The notes under the pieces were generated by a model that saw only the letters and a list, made by a program, of their open reading frames with translations, made no database searches and had not been told where the DNA came from. Positions 58,897 to 64,000 of a stretch of 64,000 nucleotides of DNA are shown in pieces (position 1 is the first letter of the stretch; the number at the start of each line of letters is the position of its first letter). A program made the position numbers and the translations under genes. This DNA is from an uncultured Gemmatimonadales bacterium (GTDB taxonomy: Bacteria > Gemmatimonadota > Gemmatimonadetes > Gemmatimonadales > GWC2-71-9). The stretch lies in assembly GCA_963771275.1 (NCBI GenBank), contig CAVYSW010000003.1:1024001-1088000 (forward strand). Direction: 5' to 3'.

Positions 58897-60249
58897 CTAC
58901 TTCCCCACGCAGAACGCCGCGAACACGCGGTCGAGCACATCGTCCGACGTCACCAACCCGATCAGGTCCTCCAGCGCCGTGACGGCCGCCCGGAGATGCG
59001 TGGCGGCGACCACCGCGTCCACCTGCGCCGCGCGGGCGCGCGCGAACTCGTCGATCTCGGTCAGCGCACGGCCAAGCGCAAGCCGGTGCCGCTCCCGCGT
59101 CACCAGCGGGGCCGCGTCCGCCTGTGCGACCAGTCCCGCAAAGGCCGCGCGGGCGAGCTCCGCGCGCAGCGTGGCGATGCCCTCGCCGGCCAGCGCCGAC
59201 ACGGCCACCTCGGCGGTCCCGGGCGTCCACCCCGAATCGCGCGCCACCGCATCGAGCTTGGTACGCGCGACCACGACCGGCACCGCGAGCGCATCGAGGA
59301 AGGCCCGTTCCTCCGCACGCACCGCGCGGCCCGCTTCGATGCAGCAGACCACCACGTCCGCGGCCGCGAGATAGCGCCGGCTCACTTCGATCCCCAGCTG
59401 CTCGAGCCGGTCCCCGTGCTCGTGCAGCCCCGCCGTATCCACCAGGCGAAACGGGAAGCCGCCACACACCGCCGGCGCCTCGATGGCGTCCCGCGTCGTG
59501 CCCGGCACGTCGGTCACGATCGCGCGCGTAGCACCGAGCAGGGCGTTGAACAGCGAGGACTTGCCGACGTTCGGCGGGCCGGCAATGACCGCGAGCGCGC
59601 CATCGCGCAGCCGCTCACCCTCGCGCGACGTCGCCAGCAGCTCGGCGAGCGCCGCACGCAGTCCAGCGTGCGCCGCCGCCACCCGGGCGGCGGGCACCGG
59701 GCCGTCGTCCTCTTCCGGGAAGTCGATCTCGTAGCTCACCAGCGCCTCGAGCCCGAGCACCTGCTCGCGCAGCCGGCGGATCCGCTCGGACAGCCCGCGA
59801 TCCAGCTGGCCCAAGGCCGCGCGCCGCTGTGCCGTGCTCGTTGCATCGACGAGATCACCGACCGCCTCGGCCTGCAGCAGATCGACCTTGCCGTTGGCGA
59901 CCGCGCGGCGCGTAAACTCGCCTGGCGCCGCAAGGCGCGCCCCCGCGGCGAGTAGCGCCGCAAGGACCTCGACCGGGGCCATCAGGCCGCCGTGCGTCGA
60001 GATCTCGACCAGGTCCTCACCGGTGTAGGAGGCAGGCGCGGCAAACACCGCGTACAGGATCTCGTCGAGGGTCTCACCGCTCTCCGGATGGACCGCCCGC
60101 GCCCGCCGGACCACGCGCGGTCGGTCCGTGGCGAACGGCGTCACGACCCGGCCCGCGACGTCCCACGCGCCGCGGCCGGACAGCCGAACGACGGCGATGG
60201 CGGAGCGACCGGGTGGGGTCGCGATCGCGGCGATCGGGTCGGTCACCAT
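58897..60249 (-). CDS. mnmE: tRNA modification GTPase MnmE
   Basis: IAAIATP, SYTGED, GPPNVGKSSL, GTTRD, DTAG and C-terminal FCVGK. Confidence 0.97.
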   Translation of the reverse strand: MVTDPIAAIATPPGRSAIAVVRLSGRGAWDVAGRVVTPFATDRPRVVRRARAVHPESGETLDEILYAVFAAPASYTGEDLVEISTHGGLMAPVEVLAALLAAGARLAAPGEFTRRAVANGKVDLLQAEAVGDLVDATSTAQRRAALGQLDRGLSERIRRLREQVLGLEALVSYEIDFPEEDDGPVPAARVAAAHAGLRAALAELLATSREGERLRDGALAVIAGPPNVGKSSLFNALLGATRAIVTDVPGTTRDAIEAPAVCGGFPFRLVDTAGLHEHGDRLEQLGIEVSRRYLAAADVVVCCIEAGRAVRAEERAFLDALAVPVVVARTKLDAVARDSGWTPGTAEVAVSALAGEGIATLRAELARAAFAGLVAQADAAPLVTRERHRLALGRALTEIDEFARARAAQVDAVVAATHLRAAVTALEDLIGLVTSDDVLDRVFAAFCVGK

Positions 60250-60298
60250 GGCCGGATGCCAGGAAGGCGCCCGGCTGCGGGCCGCCGTACGGCTGGGC

Positions 60299-61969
60299 TC
60301 AGGTCTGCCTTCTGCTGCTGAGCCGCTTGGCCCGCTCCTTCGAGATGAGCCACTGCTGCGGCAGGCTCGTGAGGTTGCTCACGGCATAGTACAGATTGAG
60401 TCCGGAGGAGAATTTCAGGAAGAGGAACGTGAACATGCCGGGCATGAGATACATCATCATCTTGGTCTGCGGATTGGGTGGCAACCCTCGCTGCCCGATC
60501 CAGGACAGCGCGAACATCGACGCGCCCATCAGGATCGGTATGATGTAGGTCGGGTCCGCGCGCGACAGATCGGGCAGCCAGAGGAACGACACCCCGCGGA
60601 ACTCGATGGTGTTCGCGAACACGAAGAACAGCGCGAACAGCACCGGCATCGGGAGCAGCATCGGCAGGCAACCGCCGAGCGGGTTCACGCCGTGCTCGCG
60701 GTACAGCTTGAGCATCTCCTGCTGCAGTTTCTGCGGCTCGTTCTTGTACTTCTCCTGAATTGCCTTGAGGTCGGGCTGAATCGCCTGCATGGCCGTGGAG
60801 GACCGCATGGCCTTCTGGTTGAGCGGCCAGAGGAGCAGGCGCACCAGGATACCGAACAGGATCAGCACCCAGCCGTATGCGAGGCTGAGCCGCTCATGCA
60901 TCCAGAAGAGAATCGGCAGGATCGCGTAGTCCACCACCGGACGGATGATCGGGCGCAGAATCCACCCGTAGGGATTCACGTCGTTGAGATCATGCCCGAT
61001 GTGCGCGAGGCGGCGGTACTCCTGGGGTCCGAGGTACACGCTGTGCCGGAACCGGCCATCGGGTGACGGCAGGGACGCCGTGATTTCCACGTTGGTCTGG
61101 TACCGTCCGGGCTTCGGACCGCCCACGGCGACGGCTCCGCCGAACCGGGGCTCGCCTTCTTCCAGCGTAAGCACGGCGGCCACGAAGTACTTCGACTTGA
61201 TCGCGATCCATTCGAACGGCCCGACCAGGTCCCGCCGTTGGCCCGGCGAGAGCGAGCGAAAGTCGATCCGCTCGGGACGCCGCGCCTTCGTCACGACGCC
61301 GTAGCTGCGGAAATCGGTGATCGAATCGGCATCCACCGACCGCAGGCCGGGCCCGATGTCCACCGTGAGCAGGCCCTCCCGCGCCCCGACGATCTCCCCC
61401 TCGACTTCGAACCGATAGGTGCCGGGGCTGAAGCGGTAGGTGATCCGGACCTCGCGCCCGCCGCGCCGCGCAACCCAGTGGAGCGCGGTCCCCGGCTGCG
61501 TCACACGCAGTGTGTCCGCGTCCGGCTCGAAGGTCCAGTCGCTCAACCGCAGCGTGTCCGCACCGACCACGAATGCGTAGGCCAGGAACCGCGTGTCGGC
61601 CGGGAGAATCTGGGCCGCGCCGGTCTCACCCGGCGCGAATGATTGGTAGCGCAGCAACGCGGCGGAGATGGGACGAGCGCCGCGGGCCGAGAATGCGTAG
61701 CGGTACAGGTCCCCGGTGACGACCACGGTCCGGGCGACGGCCGTGTCGACCGTGCCGACGGGCTGTGCGGCGGCCGGGGTGGCGACCGGGACGGTGGTCG
61801 GTGGTGGCTGAGACGCGGGCTCGCTGGCGCCGGGCGGCGCCGCGTTTCCCGTCGTATCCGTCACCGCCCCGGCTGGGCTCGGGGCCCCGCGCTCTGGCGG
61901 AAAGAGAAGCGCCGGGAGCACGGCCACCACGACGATCAGGCCGATGGCGAGAAGAAGACGACGGTCCAT
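60299..61969 (-). CDS. yidC: Membrane protein insertase YidC
   Basis: YLGP, 'LYREHGVNPLGGCLP', FLWLPDLS..DP and SGLNLYY. Confidence 0.96.
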   Translation of the reverse strand: MDRRLLLAIGLIVVVAVLPALLFPPERGAPSPAGAVTDTTGNAAPPGASEPASQPPPTTVPVATPAAAQPVGTVDTAVARTVVVTGDLYRYAFSARGARPISAALLRYQSFAPGETGAAQILPADTRFLAYAFVVGADTLRLSDWTFEPDADTLRVTQPGTALHWVARRGGREVRITYRFSPGTYRFEVEGEIVGAREGLLTVDIGPGLRSVDADSITDFRSYGVVTKARRPERIDFRSLSPGQRRDLVGPFEWIAIKSKYFVAAVLTLEEGEPRFGGAVAVGGPKPGRYQTNVEITASLPSPDGRFRHSVYLGPQEYRRLAHIGHDLNDVNPYGWILRPIIRPVVDYAILPILFWMHERLSLAYGWVLILFGILVRLLLWPLNQKAMRSSTAMQAIQPDLKAIQEKYKNEPQKLQQEMLKLYREHGVNPLGGCLPMLLPMPVLFALFFVFANTIEFRGVSFLWLPDLSRADPTYIIPILMGASMFALSWIGQRGLPPNPQTKMMMYLMPGMFTFLFLKFSSGLNLYYAVSNLTSLPQQWLISKERAKRLSSRRQT

Positions 61970-61979
61970 GAGTCAGCCG

Positions 61980-62219
61980 TCACGGGACGGGGTCATAGCC
62001 GCTCCCGCCGAAGGGGTGGCACCGCAGGATCCGCCGGGCGCCGAGCCACAGCCCGCGTGCCGCTCCATGCCGCTCCACCGCCTCGAGCGCATAGCTTGAG
62101 CAGCTCGGCGTGAACCGGCAGGGTGACGGAAACGGTGACGCCGCGACCTGATAGACGCGGATCACGGCGGCAATCACGCGGCGGGGCCATGATGCTACGA
62201 ACGCAGCGAGGCGAGCCAT
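61980..62219 (-). CDS. yidD: Membrane protein insertion efficiency factor
   Basis: [10 protein letters not shown]...[14 protein letters not shown]. Confidence 0.95.
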   Translation of the reverse strand: MARLAAFVASWPRRVIAAVIRVYQVAASPFPSPCRFTPSCSSYALEAVERHGAARGLWLGARRILRCHPFGGSGYDPVP

Positions 62220-62539
62220 CGTTCGAGGTCGGCCGCGATATCCCGTGCGGCTGCGTCATAGGCGGCGACCCGGGGCCGTACGATCATGTCGAAAGCAGGG
62301 ACCAGTGGCAGGATGAAGCGTCGCGCATGCTCGCGGACCCGGCGCCGCAGGCGGTTCCTGGCCACCGCCGAACGCCCGAAGCGGGACACCACGACACCGA
62401 GCCTCGGATGCCCCAGGGCGTTGGCTCGCCAGAGAATGTCAAGTCGGCCCGTGCGGCGGCGCGAGCCCGAGGTCAGCACCGCCCTGATCTCCTCCGCTCG
62501 GGTGAGACGCCAGTGCCGAGGGAGCCCCTCGGACGTCAG
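62195..62539 (-). CDS. rnpA: Ribonuclease P protein component (probable CTG start)
   Basis: RLGVVVS and [13 protein letters not shown] (RNR motif). The conserved N-terminal 'LP..WRL...EI' lies upstream of the track's GTG; CTG 62539 overlaps the rpmH TGA. Confidence 0.9.
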   Translation of the reverse strand: MTSEGLPRHWRLTRAEEIRAVLTSGSRRRTGRLDILWRANALGHPRLGVVVSRFGRSAVARNRLRRRVREHARRFILPLVPAFDMIVRPRVAAYDAAARDIAADLERWLASLRS

Positions 62540-62697
62540 GCCGCTCCGTGCTTGGACGGACGCCGCACGGCCAAGCGCTTGCGTCCCTTCTTGCGCCGGC
62601 GGCTGAGCACGTCACGCCCCCAGCGCGTTTTCATGCGCGCCCGGAAACCGTGCTTGCGGATGCGCCGCTTGTTCCGCGGTCGGTAGGTCGGTTGCAT
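62536..62697 (-). CDS. rpmH: 50S ribosomal protein L34 (not in ORF track)
   Basis: Translation [59 protein letters not shown]. Confidence 0.97.
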   Translation of the reverse strand: MQPTYRPRNKRRIRKHGFRARMKTRWGRDVLSRRRKKGRKRLAVRRPSKHGAA

Positions 62698-62720
62698 GGC
62701 TGCCCTCAGTTGAGCCGCAA

Positions 62721-62782
62721 AAGCTACCCGCGCCAGGGCAGCCAGGTCAAGGTTGACTTTTCCACACGCGATGCGTTAACAT
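62721..62782. promoter_or_regulatory. Back-to-back rpmH and dnaA promoters with a DnaA box in the dnaA spacer
   Basis: Minus strand TTGACC(62750-45)-18-TAGCTT(62726-21); plus strand TTGACT(62753-58)-18-TAACAT(62777-82); TTTTCCACA at 62758-66. Confidence 0.7.
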
Positions 62783-62822
62783 CGGGCGCCCTTTCGGACC
62801 CCCACCTCGTTCTCAAGAGCAG

Positions 62823-64000
62823 ATGGACCTGTCAGTCAAAGAAGCGTGGACACGCCTGCTCTCTGAAGCTCGGCGTGAATTGCCCGACGCCACCATCAAA
62901 ACCTGGCTGGAGCCGGCGCGACCGGTCGCCTTCGAGGAAGGCAGGTTGGTCGTCGCGGCCCCGGACCAGTTTGCCGTCGAGTGGAACGCGTCGAAGCACG
63001 CTGGCGTGCTCTCCCGCGTTGCCGCCGAAGTGTTCGGCCGGCCGCTCGACATCGTCTTTCAGGTCCAGGAAGAGCGCGCCAGCCGCCCGCAGATGGACTT
63101 CTTCGTTCCGTCTGGCAGCACCGCTCCCGCTGCGGCAAACAGCCGAGCCACGCCACTCAACGAGCGCTACGTCTTCGAGACGTTCGTCATCGGGAAGTGC
63201 AATGAGCTGGCGGCGGCGGCGGCCCATGCGGTGGCCGAAGCCCCGGCCAAGACGTACAATCCGCTCTTCATCTATGGCGCCACCGGCCTCGGCAAGACGC
63301 ATCTCATGCAGGCGATCGCGCACGCCGTCCTGCGCCGTGACCCCGGGATTCGGGTGGCCTACATGGGTGCCGAGCAGTTCGTCAACGAGGCGATCGAGGG
63401 CATCCACGGCCGCACGATGCCGGACTTCCGGCGGCGCTACCGCAGTGAGATGGACATGTTCCTCGTGGACGACGTGCATTTCCTCGAGGGGAAGGAAATG
63501 ACCCAGGAGGAATTCTTCCACACGTTCAACGCGTTGCACGAGGCCAGCAAGCAGATCGTCCTGACGTCCGACCGGCCGCCCAAGGAAATCCCGGGGCTCG
63601 AATCCCGGCTGGTGAGTCGTTTTGAGTGGGGAATGGTGGCCGACATCGGCCAACCGGACCTCGAACACCGGATCGCCATCCTGCGGAAAAAGGCCGAGCA
63701 GGACCACCTCGAGCTCACGATCCCCGACGATGTGTTGCGGTTCATCGCCGAGCACGTCCGGAGCTCCGTCCGCGAGCTCGAGGGCTGCATCATCAAGCTG
63801 TTGCTGTACGCCTCCTTACGACATCGGGAGATCTCGATCGAGCTGGCGCGAGAGGCCTTGTCCGACAAGATCCGCCACAGCGACGGGGCCGCGCCGGACG
63901 CCGGCCGTGCGCTCCCGAGCGTCGCTCGGGTGCAGGAGGTGGTCGCCCGACGCTGGGGCGTCACTCCGGAAGGACTCCGTTCCAAGGTTCGCACCAAGAC
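62823..64000 (+). CDS. dnaA: Chromosomal replication initiator DnaA (3' truncated)
   Basis: MDLSVKEAW...TW; LNERYVFETFVIG; YNPLFIYGATGLGKTHL; VDDVHFLEGKE.TQEEFFHTFN; SDRPP; RELEG. Confidence 0.98.
   Translation, partial: MDLSVKEAWTRLLSEARRELPDATIKTWLEPARPVAFEEGRLVVAAPDQFAVEWNASKHAGVLSRVAAEVFGRPLDIVFQVQEERASRPQMDFFVPSGSTAPAAANSRATPLNERYVFETFVIGKCNELAAAAAHAVAEAPAKTYNPLFIYGATGLGKTHLMQAIAHAVLRRDPGIRVAYMGAEQFVNEAIEGIHGRTMPDFRRRYRSEMDMFLVDDVHFLEGKEMTQEEFFHTFNALHEASKQIVLTSDRPPKEIPGLESRLVSRFEWGMVADIGQPDLEHRIAILRKKAEQDHLELTIPDDVLRFIAEHVRSSVRELEGCIIKLLLYASLRHREISIELAREALSDKIRHSDGAAPDAGRALPSVARVQEVVARRWGVTPEGLRSKVRTK

Noticed and set aside
62698..62822. oriC between rpmH and dnaA
   Set aside because: Only 125 bp, one DnaA box, no AT-rich unwinding element; fully explained by divergent promoters.

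Overview
GC-rich bacterial chromosomal window with no detectable mobile elements, CRISPR arrays or rRNA. Gene content and style suggest Gemmatimonadota, which is an inference. It ends in the conserved origin-proximal cluster mnmE-yidC-yidD-rnpA-rpmH | dnaA (dnaA truncated). Recognisable genes include glnA, lemA-htpX, a plsB-like acyltransferase, a yhaM-like nuclease, tandem lepB, cyoE, pruA, a TonB-dependent receptor with a two-component system, cbiMQO, tRNA-Phe, an ECF sigma/anti-sigma pair, holA, mutS, cystathionine beta-synthase, queD and ddl. The most notable unexplained signals are: (1) a ~430-nt highly structured minus-strand RNA gene at ~17437-17866 with its own sigma70-like promoter and intrinsic terminator, matching no RNA family I recognise; (2) a cluster of DnaA-box-like sites plus an IHF-like site directly upstream of that RNA, 45 kb from dnaA; (3) a 54-aa ORF missed by the ORF track, built from three RR(T/S)GxDRR repeats (candidate c-di-GMP sponge); (4) a beta-clamp-binding-like QMDFF motif inside DnaA; (5) a TonB_C/CBS fusion that hinges on a G7 run; (6) a catalytically dead rhomboid; and (7) repeated leaderless promoter architecture.
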